Assembly: GCA_000434635.1 (NCBI GenBank)
Contig: HF988135.1
Location: 26,448-72,047 of the forward strand
Direction of reading: 5' to 3'
From: Firmicutes bacterium CAG:110
Lineage (GTDB): Bacteria > Bacillota > Clostridia > Oscillospirales > Oscillospiraceae
DNA length: 45,600 nucleotides
In this document: piece after piece, positions 1 through 9,327 of the stretch
How the letters are laid out: each line of letters opens with the position of its first letter
How positions within the stretch are numbered: position 1 is the stretch's first letter
Made by a program: the position numbers and the translations under genes
The notes under the pieces: generated by a model
Database searches by the model: none
The model's input: only the letters and a program-made list of their open reading frames with translations
Told to the model about the DNA's origin: nothing

Positions 1-273
1 GAAGGCCAGCCACTGGCTGCCGCTGTTGGCCTGCGCCCAGTCGATGCCCGTATTCCGGGCGGCGGAAAGGCCGCCGTTTTTCTGATGAATGACATGGATT
101 CGACCGTCTTTCCGGGCGTATTCCTCGCAGATATCGCCGCAGCTGTCCGGGCTGCCGTCGTCCACCAGCACAAGGTCAAAATCCGCAAACGTCTGGGCAA
201 GGATGCTGTCCACGCACCGGTGCAGGAACGCCTCCACCTTGTAGATCGGGACAATTACGCTGATCGCGGCCAT
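1..273 (-). CDS. Family 2 glycosyltransferase, 5' part only (runs off the window edge)
   Basis: Not in the ORF track. Manual translation from ATG at 273 gives MAAISVIVPIYKVEAFLHRCVDSILAQTFADFDLVLVDDGSPD...KNGGLSAARNTG, a typical GT2 N-terminus. GGGGAG RBS lies upstream. Confidence 0.93.
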   Translation of the reverse strand, partial: MAAISVIVPIYKVEAFLHRCVDSILAQTFADFDLVLVDDGSPDSCGDICEEYARKDGRIHVIHQKNGGLSAARNTGIDWAQANSGSQWLAF

Positions 274-295
274 AGGCTTCTCCCCTTTGTATCGT

Positions 296-1066
296 TCAGC
301 GCTTCAGAAAAAGCGCTTTCAGCTTGTGATAGGTCTTCTCTCCCAGCAGTTTTGTAAAGAACGCATACCGGGCGGCGGACACCTTTTCGTAGTGCAGCCG
401 CGCCCGCTCCGCTTCCAGCAATCTTCGCTCCTCCTCCGTCTTCCAGCTGCTGGCAAACCAGTGAATGGCAACGGTTTTCCTCGTTCTGTGCAGCTGCTCC
501 GTGTCAAAGTCCACCGGGCAGAACACTTCCTTGGGGTAGACCGCAAAGCCGTCCACGACCTGAAATTTTCCATTCGGCACCAGCCCATGTTCCCGGCACA
601 GGGACGTCAGGACGGAGACATTGGTGGTCACGTCGTGGGTGCCGTCGGGCTTTACAAAACTCGCGCTGTCATAATGCTGCAAAAATTCCTGAAACAGCGG
701 AAAGCCCGGACAGCAGGCAAGCAGCCCCGTCTGCACGCTGGCGTCCGTTTCAAATCCGGCGAAGGCGTCGTGGGCGAGGAAGGGCGTCAGGGGCTTCACC
801 AGCTCCACGTCCGTGTCCATATAAATGCCGCCCATTTCCGTCATAGCCTTCAAGCGAACATAGTCCGTGACAAACGCCCAGCGCTTAGCCGCGTAAGCCT
901 GACACACGTACTCCGGCGCGGCGGAAACGTCAAAATTCTCCTCGTTCCACTCGATGATCTGGTAGTCCGGGCAGAATTTCTTCCAGCTTTTAATGCACTT
1001 TTCCGCCAGCTTCGGCTTGGGATTTCCGCCAAACCAGCAGTAATGAATGATTTTTGGAACGCTCAT
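296..1066 (-). CDS. DXD-motif glycosyltransferase (GT32/Och1-like)
   Basis: PKIIHYCWFGG start, WAFVTDYVR and GGIYMDTDVE motifs. Confidence 0.92.
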   Translation of the reverse strand: MSVPKIIHYCWFGGNPKPKLAEKCIKSWKKFCPDYQIIEWNEENFDVSAAPEYVCQAYAAKRWAFVTDYVRLKAMTEMGGIYMDTDVELVKPLTPFLAHDAFAGFETDASVQTGLLACCPGFPLFQEFLQHYDSASFVKPDGTHDVTTNVSVLTSLCREHGLVPNGKFQVVDGFAVYPKEVFCPVDFDTEQLHRTRKTVAIHWFASSWKTEEERRLLEAERARLHYEKVSAARYAFFTKLLGEKTYHKLKALFLKR

Positions 1067-2091
1067 TCATGTTCTCCTTTCCGCAGATGCTTCCCGATTT
1101 TTCGCGTCAGGCCGGACACGCCGTCTTCCCGCAGTGTCCGCGCCGCCCCTTCCAGCGGCCAGTAAAGCCGCACAAGTTTGGGGTGCATGGCGCTGAACAT
1201 GGTCTCAAACTGCGCTTTCGTGAACGGGATCTCCCGTCTGAGCCGCCGGGCTGCTTTTTCGATATTCCGGGCGGCCTTGGTGTCGTTCAGCTCATATTTG
1301 ACCCGATAATAGCACCCCGCCGCTTCTTCGGCATACAGAGTACCGAAGCGCTCCCGGAGGGTCGTGTACCCCACCGAGGAATAAAAACGGATGATCCCTT
1401 CCAGCGCCCACAGATAGTCCAGCTTCTTCATGGAGAATCGGCTCTGGGTGGTGCTGTTGGGGTTGGTGCGGTAAAAATACAGGCTGTAGGGAATGCTCGC
1501 AATGGTTTTCGCCCCGTAAATCCAGTGGCACACGGCCTCGTTGTCCTCATACACCCGTCCGGGGCAGAACAGATAGGACTGAACCAGTTCCCGACGAACC
1601 AGCTTGGCACATGCCACCCATCCGGGGTAATTCCCCGCGTCAAACAGCGCCACCAGCGGCGCTTCCTCCATGGAAAGCCGTTCCCAGCTGACCTCCACCG
1701 GCGCGGAAAAGTCTTCCGGGATTTCCGGCGCTTCCAGCATCCGGCACATGCTCATGTCCGCGCCGCTCTCGGCAGCGGCCTGCCGCAGGCGTTCCAGCAT
1801 CTGCGGATGCACGGCGTCGTCGCTGTCCACAAAGCAGACCCATTCTCCTTCGGCAGAAGCAAGGGCGTGGTTTCTTGCCGCGGCCTGTCCCTGATTTTCC
1901 TGATGGATGACCCGCACCCGGCTGTCCCGCGCCGCGTAATCGTCGCAGATGGCGCCGCAGCCGTCCGGGCTTCCGTCGTCCACCAGAATCAGCTCAAAAT
2001 CAGAAAACGTCTGGGAAAGGATACTGTCGATGCAGGCATGGAGATAGGCTTCCGCCCTGTAAACCGGCACGATCACGCTGATCTCAGGCAT
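1063..2091 (-). CDS. Family 2 glycosyltransferase
   Basis: ISVIVPVY, VDDGSPD, AARN, FVDSDD and YEDN motifs; ATGA overlap with the downstream gene. Confidence 0.93.
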   Translation of the reverse strand: MPEISVIVPVYRAEAYLHACIDSILSQTFSDFELILVDDGSPDGCGAICDDYAARDSRVRVIHQENQGQAAARNHALASAEGEWVCFVDSDDAVHPQMLERLRQAAAESGADMSMCRMLEAPEIPEDFSAPVEVSWERLSMEEAPLVALFDAGNYPGWVACAKLVRRELVQSYLFCPGRVYEDNEAVCHWIYGAKTIASIPYSLYFYRTNPNSTTQSRFSMKKLDYLWALEGIIRFYSSVGYTTLRERFGTLYAEEAAGCYYRVKYELNDTKAARNIEKAARRLRREIPFTKAQFETMFSAMHPKLVRLYWPLEGAARTLREDGVSGLTRKIGKHLRKGEHE

Positions 2092-3079
2092 CTTTCTTCC
2101 TCTCCAATTGCGCCCGCACCTCCAGCCACAGCCGGTAGGCTCTGGTTCTCAGAGGGAAAAAGCGGTACAGAAAATCAAAATCCGGCCAGAATGCAATACA
2201 GCCGTGCCTCCATGCAAGGGGGATCAGCCTGCGGATTTTCTTTTCGATCTGCCCGATCTCCGCCGTCAGCTCCGCCGCGTTGTCCGCCTGCTCGGCGGTG
2301 TACAGATTCGCCAGGGCGTTATCCAGATACCCCCGCACCCGGAATTTGACCAGTTCCTCGTCTCCCATGGCGGTAAAAAACGCCAGCTGCTGGTCATACG
2401 CCTCCCATGCGTGGAACCGCTTCGGCGACCACGCACTGCGGATGATTCCCTTGGGATTGATAAAATAGGCGTACAGCGGTGCGGGAACCACCGCAATTTC
2501 CTTCTGCGCAAACAGGAGGCGGTAAGTCACGAATTCGTCCTCGTGGATTTTCCCCACGGGATAGCGGATGTCCCGGAAGCAGCTCCTGCTGTAGAGCTTC
2601 CCCCATGCAACGGTGGCGTTGACAAAATGCTCCATGTAAAACTGCTTCGGCGTACAGCGGTGGGGGCGCATATCCTCCGGCAAAACCGCCGGGTCTGCCC
2701 CCTCCGTCTCCTGATAACCGCAGACGCTGATTTTCAGGTCAAACGCCGTGGCGGCGTCCAGCAGCCGGGCAAGCAGCTCCGGATGTACCCAGTCGTCGCT
2801 ATCGGCAAAAATCAGCCACTGGCTGTCGCTGTTGGCTTCCACCCAATCAATGCCTGCGTTCCGGGCATCGGACAGGCCGCCGTTTTCCTTGTGGATGACA
2901 TGGACGCGGCCGTCCTGACGGGCGTATTCGTCGCAGATTTCCCCGCAGCGGTCGGGACTGCCGTCGTCCACCAGAATCAGCTCAAAATCCTGATAAGTTT
3001 GCCTTAGAATGCTGTCCACGCACCGGTTCAGGTAAGGCTCGACCTTGTACACCGGCACGATCACGCTAATTGTGGGCAT
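2084..3079 (-). CDS. Family 2 glycosyltransferase
   Basis: ISVIVPVY, VDDGSPD, NGGLSDARN, DSDD, WGKLY and HEDE motifs. Confidence 0.93.
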   Translation of the reverse strand: MPTISVIVPVYKVEPYLNRCVDSILRQTYQDFELILVDDGSPDRCGEICDEYARQDGRVHVIHKENGGLSDARNAGIDWVEANSDSQWLIFADSDDWVHPELLARLLDAATAFDLKISVCGYQETEGADPAVLPEDMRPHRCTPKQFYMEHFVNATVAWGKLYSRSCFRDIRYPVGKIHEDEFVTYRLLFAQKEIAVVPAPLYAYFINPKGIIRSAWSPKRFHAWEAYDQQLAFFTAMGDEELVKFRVRGYLDNALANLYTAEQADNAAELTAEIGQIEKKIRRLIPLAWRHGCIAFWPDFDFLYRFFPLRTRAYRLWLEVRAQLERKKDA

Positions 3080-4175
3080 CTTTTCTCACGACCTCCGCTA
3101 ATTTATCAAACCATGGGCGCAGGGGCGCATTGTCATACCGGCAGTTTTCCATCGCCAGCAGCTCCGGCAAATACCGCTCCACTTCCTCAGGGGTTTTTGC
3201 GTAGCGGACGTAGGGCAGGTAGGAAATCCATTCATAGGTTCCCCGAACCTTATGGTTGCTGCTGCTCATGGCAATGCAGGGCGTACCGGCGAGAGCACAG
3301 AACACCATGCCGTGAAGCCGGTCTGTAATTACCAGCCGCGCCGAGGCAAGCTCCTCCATTTTCTCCCGAACTTGCATTTCCCGGCTCTGCTTTGTGACCT
3401 TCTGGCCGGAATACATATCCGTATAGCCGAACGCAATGCCCTTCGATCGCAGCATTTCTTCCAGATTCTCCCGTTCCTCCACAGGAAGGGAACGCTCCTT
3501 GTCACTGCGCAGACACAGAAGAACGCCCTCCCGCCGCTTTTGTTTCGCGCCGAAGGTGTCCATGGACGCCGAAAGCACGATGTCCGGGGTCAGGAGCACC
3601 CGCGTGTTGGGGTACAGCGACGTCATGATGTCGTAGGACTGCTTTTCCCGCGCCACCATGGTCAGCTTTTTCCGTCCGTCGTAGACCTCCGTGGAGGCTT
3701 TTCCCTCCGCATCTCCGTCTTCCCCCGGCAAATAGCAGATCGTCTGTGGGAAGATGACATTCCGGTTTTTTGCAAAGGCGGAGACCTGACGGCGGTGGAG
3801 ATTTTCCTCATTCCGCCACTGATTTCCCAGATGCCCGCCGCCGAGCTGGGCAATGAAGCCGTTCTTCGGCACCCATTTCCGAATTCGCTCCCAGTCCCGG
3901 GCATAGTCCTCGTCGGTCAGCTCCACGATCCGATCTTCCTCCCAGCCGCAGGACTTGAGGAACGCCTTCTGCGCCAGAACGATCGCGCTGTCCCCCAGAT
4001 TGTCATGGGACGGCGTTCCGATCAGGTAGACCTTTTGCCCCAGAGGGAATACGATCTCCCGCCACTTTCTCAGGCGGCGCTTCCGTTCCAAGTGGTGCTC
4101 CCACTGCCTGTGATACCACCAGTAGACCGGGCGCAGGAATCGTTTCAGGGAATCCGCAATGCGCATTGTTGTCAT
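3066..4175 (-). CDS. Polysaccharide pyruvyltransferase family protein
   Basis: PSHDNLGDSAI, GGGHLG, FPQT, ARE, PDIV and ITDRLHGMVFC motifs. Start revised to 4175 (ATGA overlap with the upstream stop); 4166 is an alternative. Confidence 0.88.
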   Translation of the reverse strand: MTTMRIADSLKRFLRPVYWWYHRQWEHHLERKRRLRKWREIVFPLGQKVYLIGTPSHDNLGDSAIVLAQKAFLKSCGWEEDRIVELTDEDYARDWERIRKWVPKNGFIAQLGGGHLGNQWRNEENLHRRQVSAFAKNRNVIFPQTICYLPGEDGDAEGKASTEVYDGRKKLTMVAREKQSYDIMTSLYPNTRVLLTPDIVLSASMDTFGAKQKRREGVLLCLRSDKERSLPVEERENLEEMLRSKGIAFGYTDMYSGQKVTKQSREMQVREKMEELASARLVITDRLHGMVFCALAGTPCIAMSSSNHKVRGTYEWISYLPYVRYAKTPEEVERYLPELLAMENCRYDNAPLRPWFDKLAEVVRKDAHN

Positions 4176-5305
4176 CTCTCCCGTCTGTCCAGACGCAGAA
4201 TTTTGAAAACCGTCCGCTTCCCCCAGCGCAGGAAGCTGTGGAGCCATGAATCAGGATACCACTTTTTCAGTTCCTTCACCGTGAGCCGGGAGCGGTAATA
4301 GCGGAGCTTGCCGGCAAAAACGCTGTTGCTGTCCGCCAGCTTCCCGCTGAGGAATGCTTCCATCTCCGGCGTGTACCATTTGGCCTCCGGCCGGTTTCTC
4401 AGCTGGGCGTATGTAGGCGTTTTCAGGCTGGGGATCACCCCCAGACTCATGAAGTGGCTGGAATTGATGCAGTAGGGACTGCCGCAATGCTTTCCCACCG
4501 CTTCAAAGGGAATAGGCGCGTCCACATCCTCGAAAATGTTCACACCGTCGTAATCGGCATAGCATTTGGTCAGCACGCCGGTCTGTAAATTCAGCGTTCC
4601 CGACCAGTCCCCGGCGAAGCAGAATTCCTTCCGCTTCACGCAGAAATTTTTTGTGGTGAAATCAAACAGCGGCGAGTGGAATTTTTCGCCGTTGGCAAGG
4701 TATTCCTCCCGCGTTCCCTTCGTGAAAATCCCGAAGGGCTTGCGCTGCTCATCTCTCGTCAGCGCTACCTGAGGGTACGCCCCCACCTTTTCCATGGACA
4801 GCCGCTGAATTTCCTCGATGTAAGGAACATACTCGTCGCACAGGTTCAGCTGTAACAGAATGGACGCCCCGGCGTCGCGCATTTTCCGGATGTTGTCGAA
4901 AAACGTCTCCACCCAGCCTTTGCGCAGCAGCTCCGTATAGTGCATGGAGAAGGAAAGGTGCAGATGGCCGATGTTCTCCCCGCAGGCCTCGATCAGTTCG
5001 TCAAAGCGGCGGCTCAGCGTCCCGTTGGTGGTGATATTGACAAAATGCCCCTCTTTCAGCAGCTCCCCCACGATGGGGACAACCTCTTTCTGCGCCAGCG
5101 TCTCTCCCGCGCCGCAGATGCTGATGAAGCACGTTCCCCCCACCCGTTCCGGGCGCAGGGCACGGGCGATGTGCTCCGGGGAATAGGGCATGTCCGCCAG
5201 CGCCATCTTCCGTCTGTCTTCCTGAATGATATAGCAGTAGGGGCATTCCAGATTGCACACCGACACCGGCACCAAACACTCAAAGAACCGCTTGATCTTA
5301 GCCAT
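4172..5305 (-). CDS. Radical SAM protein with C-terminal cysteines (possible twitch/SPASM-like auxiliary cluster)
   Basis: CNLECPYC (CxxxCxxC), GAGET and TNGT motifs, then CFAG...KC...CGSPYC. Start revised to ATG 5305 after a GGAGG RBS. Confidence 0.88.
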   Translation of the reverse strand: MAKIKRFFECLVPVSVCNLECPYCYIIQEDRRKMALADMPYSPEHIARALRPERVGGTCFISICGAGETLAQKEVVPIVGELLKEGHFVNITTNGTLSRRFDELIEACGENIGHLHLSFSMHYTELLRKGWVETFFDNIRKMRDAGASILLQLNLCDEYVPYIEEIQRLSMEKVGAYPQVALTRDEQRKPFGIFTKGTREEYLANGEKFHSPLFDFTTKNFCVKRKEFCFAGDWSGTLNLQTGVLTKCYADYDGVNIFEDVDAPIPFEAVGKHCGSPYCINSSHFMSLGVIPSLKTPTYAQLRNRPEAKWYTPEMEAFLSGKLADSNSVFAGKLRYYRSRLTVKELKKWYPDSWLHSFLRWGKRTVFKILRLDRRER

Positions 5306-6569
5306 TCTTCCCCTCCAGAACCCGGACGTCGTCAAAGTGGATGCTTCCCCAGCCGTTGGTGTTCCACTTCATATTGTACAGCGGCTCGTCCTCCTCCACG
5401 GTAAAGGCGAAGGCGCGCACCACGATATCGTGGCGGGTCTGGGTCGTACCGTCGTAGGAAATGGTAATGAGGTCGGCGACATACTCCCCGGGAGCCAGAT
5501 TTTTCCCGTCAAATTCCAGCTGTACCGTGCTTTCTCCCGGCCGGAGGGTAAAGGTCTGGGAATAGGCCGTTCCGACGGCGGCGCCCCCGGCGCTGCACAA
5601 CACAAAGCGGAGCATCACGTCGGGGATCTCGCGCCTGCTGTCATAATCCAGCGAAAAACGCAGCTTCTTCTCCCGCGCCATACTGCCGCAGTCCAGATGC
5701 ACCGCGTTGAGATGGCACGCCTCCGTAATGCCTTCCATACGCTTGATTTTGGACACGTCGTAATCGCTTTGCAGCGCCAGCATATTGCCTTTGGCATATA
5801 CCCCGATGGCGTCCTCCACGTCTCCGTCAAAGATAATTTTTCCCTTGTCCATCACGATGCACCGGTCGCACAGCTGCCGGATGGTGCCCATATTGTGGCT
5901 GACGTAAAGGACAGTCCGTCCCTCGACCTGGGCGACCTCCCGCATTTTTTTCAGACACTTCTGCTGGAAATTCACGTCGCCCACCGCCAGGACCTCGTCC
6001 ATGATCATGATCTCGCTGTCCAGATGCGCAGCAACGGAGAAGGCCAGCTTGACGAACATACCGGAGGAATACCGCTTCACCGGGGTGTCGATAAAGTCCC
6101 GCACCTCGGAAAATTCGATGATGTCCTCCATTTTGGCGTCGATCTCTGCTTTGGTCATGCCGAGAATCGCACCGTTCATGTAGATATTCTCCCGGCCGGT
6201 CATTTCTCCGTTGAACCCGGTGCCCACCTCCAGCATGGAGGCAATACGGCCGTAGATGTCAATCTCACCCTCGGTGGGGGCAGTGACGCGGCACAGCAGC
6301 TTCAGAAGCGTGCTTTTTCCCGCGCCGTTGCAGCCGATGATCCCCAGCGCCTCGCCCTTGTGTACCGTCAGGTCAACGCCGTTCAGCGCCATAAATGTCT
6401 GCCCCACAAGGCGCTGATCCATATTCACGGGCAGATTGGGGTCTTCCTTTCCCCGCACACGCGCCCACCAGCTCTGCAAATCCGCGGTCAGCGTGCCGCC
6501 GCCGATCTGCCCCAGCTTGTAGCGCTTTTTCACGCCGGTCAGGCGGATGGCAATATCCTGTTCGTTCAT
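5298..6569 (-). CDS. wzt: Polysaccharide ABC exporter ATPase with a C-terminal Wzt_C-like extension
   Basis: Walker A GCNGAGKST, signature YSSGM, Walker B IMIMDE and VSH, plus a roughly 160 aa C-terminal extension. Confidence 0.92.
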   Translation of the reverse strand: MNEQDIAIRLTGVKKRYKLGQIGGGTLTADLQSWWARVRGKEDPNLPVNMDQRLVGQTFMALNGVDLTVHKGEALGIIGCNGAGKSTLLKLLCRVTAPTEGEIDIYGRIASMLEVGTGFNGEMTGRENIYMNGAILGMTKAEIDAKMEDIIEFSEVRDFIDTPVKRYSSGMFVKLAFSVAAHLDSEIMIMDEVLAVGDVNFQQKCLKKMREVAQVEGRTVLYVSHNMGTIRQLCDRCIVMDKGKIIFDGDVEDAIGVYAKGNMLALQSDYDVSKIKRMEGITEACHLNAVHLDCGSMAREKKLRFSLDYDSRREIPDVMLRFVLCSAGGAAVGTAYSQTFTLRPGESTVQLEFDGKNLAPGEYVADLITISYDGTTQTRHDIVVRAFAFTVEEDEPLYNMKWNTNGWGSIHFDDVRVLEGKNG

Positions 6570-6581
6570 GTTCCGCCCTCC

Positions 6582-7433
6582 TTACACCGTATCCATAAAG
6601 GTGCGTTCCACCTTGTTGAAGACCACAATGCCCAACACAGCGATCACCAGCGTCACGCCCCATGACAGGAAATAGTAGCCCCAGTTCACCGTTCCCTGCC
6701 CCAGAATCGCATAGCGCATCAGCTCCACGGACTCGGTGACGGGGTTGATCTGAAGCAGCGTGCGCATCCAGCCCTCGCCCAGCATGGACAGGGGATAGAC
6801 CACCGGCGTGGCGTACATCCACAGCGACACACCGAAATCCACCAACACCGTGAGATCCCGGTATTTCGTGGTCATGCTGGAAATGATGATGCCGAAGCCC
6901 ATGCCCAGAATGCCCAGATGCACCAGCTCCACGGGAATCATCAGCCACCACAGCCAGTTGGGATGCACCACGCCCTGAATGAGATAGTACACCATAAACA
7001 CCAGCACCAGCGCCATCTGAATGCCAAAGCGGATGACCGTGGAGATGACATTGGAGATGGGTGTGGTCAGCCGTGGGAAATAGACCTTGCCAAACATATA
7101 GGCGTTGGCCGTAAAGGTGTTGGCGTTGCTGGTCAGGCAGTTGGCAAAATACGCCCAGACGGCATTGCTGCACAGGTAAAACAGGAACGTGGGAATCCCG
7201 TCGGTGCCGATACCGGCAATACCGCCGAAGACGAACGCCTGCACGATACTGGTAAACAGGGGCGTCAGGAATATCCACGCGGGACCAAGGATGGTCTGCT
7301 TGTAGCTCACCACAAAATTCCGTTTGGTGAACAGGTAGATTAAGTCCCGGTACTGCCAGACCTCTTTCAGGTTCAGATCCATCCAGCGGTGCTTTGCCGA
7401 GATATGGGTGTGATACATGGAATTCTCTGCCAT
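6582..7433 (-). CDS. wzm: Polysaccharide ABC exporter permease
   Basis: YKQTILGPAW, KVYFPR, YRDL, YATPVVYP and NP motifs; multiple hydrophobic helices; adjacent to wzt. Confidence 0.93.
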   Translation of the reverse strand: MAENSMYHTHISAKHRWMDLNLKEVWQYRDLIYLFTKRNFVVSYKQTILGPAWIFLTPLFTSIVQAFVFGGIAGIGTDGIPTFLFYLCSNAVWAYFANCLTSNANTFTANAYMFGKVYFPRLTTPISNVISTVIRFGIQMALVLVFMVYYLIQGVVHPNWLWWLMIPVELVHLGILGMGFGIIISSMTTKYRDLTVLVDFGVSLWMYATPVVYPLSMLGEGWMRTLLQINPVTESVELMRYAILGQGTVNWGYYFLSWGVTLVIAVLGIVVFNKVERTFMDTV

Positions 7434-7437
7434 AGGA

Positions 7438-8328
7438 TTACCTCTTTTTTCGGATAAATTGCAGCAGGTTATGGAATGTCTTCATAGGCGCAACCAGCCA
7501 GCGGGGCATATCGATATATTCCGCAATCTGGGCGTCGGTACAGCGATCCATAGCGTCGCAGGTGAAGCCGTACCACATGCCCAGCTTGGTTTTCAGGGGA
7601 TAGTGGAAGAATACCGCCTTCTCCCGGAAGAACAGCGCCGTTCCCCGGGGGTTGTCCAGAAAGACCTTGTACCCCGCCTTGGTCAGGCCGTCGTCCTTGT
7701 ACTCCCAGATCCAGATAATGTCGTCGTAGTAGCGAATGCGGTAGCCGTCGTAGGCCATCCGGTTCCAGGTCACCGCTTCGGTCATGAATTTCTCTCCGGG
7801 AAATTCCGGATACAGGTAGTTTCTGTGGATTTCCGTATAGAAAATCAGTGCCCGCTCTCCGTCGATTCTGCCGTACATATCAAAGGCGTTGCCGTCCAGA
7901 TACGCTTCCCCAAATCGGGTGTTGGGCGTTTCGGTAGGGCTTTGTCCTCCGTTTGCCACGATGCCGCAGAATTTCTGATCTTTCGGAAGCGTCGACTCCC
8001 AGAGTGCCACCTTTTCCAGTGCGTCATCCGTCAGGTAGTCGTCGGAATCCACTGTGAAAAACAGTTCTCCCTGCGCCAGCTTCAGACCGTAGTTGATGGC
8101 GCGGCACTTGCCGCCGTTCTCCTTATAGCAGTAGCGGATAGGAAAGGGATTGTCTTCCTTCTGCCACCGTTCAAACAGCGCCTTTGTCCCGTCGGAGGAG
8201 CCGTCGTCCACCACCAGCCATTCAAAGTCCGTGAAGCTCTGACGCTGTAGGGAGCGGTAGAGATTTCCCAATATGTACGCCCGGTTGTAGGTTGGGGTGA
8301 AAACCGTTATTTTATAAGAAAACGCCAT
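7438..8328 (-). CDS. Family 2 glycosyltransferase
   Basis: TVFTPTYNRA, VDDGSSD, NGGK and VDSDD motifs. Confidence 0.92.
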   Translation of the reverse strand: MAFSYKITVFTPTYNRAYILGNLYRSLQRQSFTDFEWLVVDDGSSDGTKALFERWQKEDNPFPIRYCYKENGGKCRAINYGLKLAQGELFFTVDSDDYLTDDALEKVALWESTLPKDQKFCGIVANGGQSPTETPNTRFGEAYLDGNAFDMYGRIDGERALIFYTEIHRNYLYPEFPGEKFMTEAVTWNRMAYDGYRIRYYDDIIWIWEYKDDGLTKAGYKVFLDNPRGTALFFREKAVFFHYPLKTKLGMWYGFTCDAMDRCTDAQIAEYIDMPRWLVAPMKTFHNLLQFIRKKR

Positions 8329-8329
8329 T

Positions 8330-9316
8330 TCATTCGCTTCCTTTCCCGTTTCTGCGCTCCAAGCAATTCATCAGGTGACAGCTGCCTTCAAAGGACAGCT
8401 GTCCCAGAACCAGCCACACATTCCCGGCAGGCGACAGCTTTCTGCTGGGCAAAAGCGGCGTCAGCCCGGAAACCGTCTTCCGCAGACTTTCCTTTGCCTG
8501 ACGCAGCTCCTCTCCGGACAGGTACTGAATACTCATTTGCATTGCATACTGGCAATATAGGAACAGATTTGCCCTGCCCTCATATTCCAGCGACGGCATA
8601 TGCGTTTTCAGATACGCCAGCCGCTGCTCCTGTGCCTGAACGCCCTCCAGTCTGCGCAGCGAAAAGCCGCCATGCATAACGCTGTCCGGCTGCTGACGGT
8701 AGGCATAGAGCTTTCTGGTGGAGCGAACCAGCCGCTTCGCGTTTCCCAGCACCCGATAGGTGAAAAATTCATCATCGATTTTCGTCCCGACCGGGAACCG
8801 GATATCCCCGACGGTTTCCCGGCGGTACAGCTTGTTCCAGATCAGCTGGCGAAACGCCGTATCCCGAATGTGGCAGCGCATGGCTTCCAGGGGTGTATAG
8901 AAGGAAATCTCTCCGGCATCCGTGCCGAAAACAGCGTCGTTACGCTCCGTCTCCACGAAATCACATTCAGCGATATCCGCCCCTTCTTCCAGAAGCGTGT
9001 GCAGATATTGGTAACAGCCAGGGGCGATATAGTCGTCGCTGTCCACGAACGCAATTCGTTCTCCCCGCGCCGCATCCAGTCCGGCATTCCTGGCCGCGCC
9101 GCCTCCCGCGTTTTTTTGATGAATCACTCGAATCCGGCTGTCTTTTTCTGCCCAGGCATCGCACATGGCGCCGCTGGCGTCCGGGGAGCCGTCGTCGATC
9201 AGGATAATTTCCAGGTTGGAATAGGTCTGATTCACGATGGATTGGACACAGCAGTCCAGATAGTTTTCCACTTTATAGACAGGGACAATCACGCTGATCA
9301 ATGGCAGCTGCGTCAT
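8330..9316 (-). CDS. Family 2 glycosyltransferase
   Basis: ISVIVPVY, IDDGSPD, FVDSDD and WNKLY motifs. Start revised to ATG 9316 (MTQLPL), with a GAGG RBS. Confidence 0.92.
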   Translation of the reverse strand: MTQLPLISVIVPVYKVENYLDCCVQSIVNQTYSNLEIILIDDGSPDASGAMCDAWAEKDSRIRVIHQKNAGGGAARNAGLDAARGERIAFVDSDDYIAPGCYQYLHTLLEEGADIAECDFVETERNDAVFGTDAGEISFYTPLEAMRCHIRDTAFRQLIWNKLYRRETVGDIRFPVGTKIDDEFFTYRVLGNAKRLVRSTRKLYAYRQQPDSVMHGGFSLRRLEGVQAQEQRLAYLKTHMPSLEYEGRANLFLYCQYAMQMSIQYLSGEELRQAKESLRKTVSGLTPLLPSRKLSPAGNVWLVLGQLSFEGSCHLMNCLERRNGKGSE

Positions 9317-9327
9317 AGTGTATCCTC

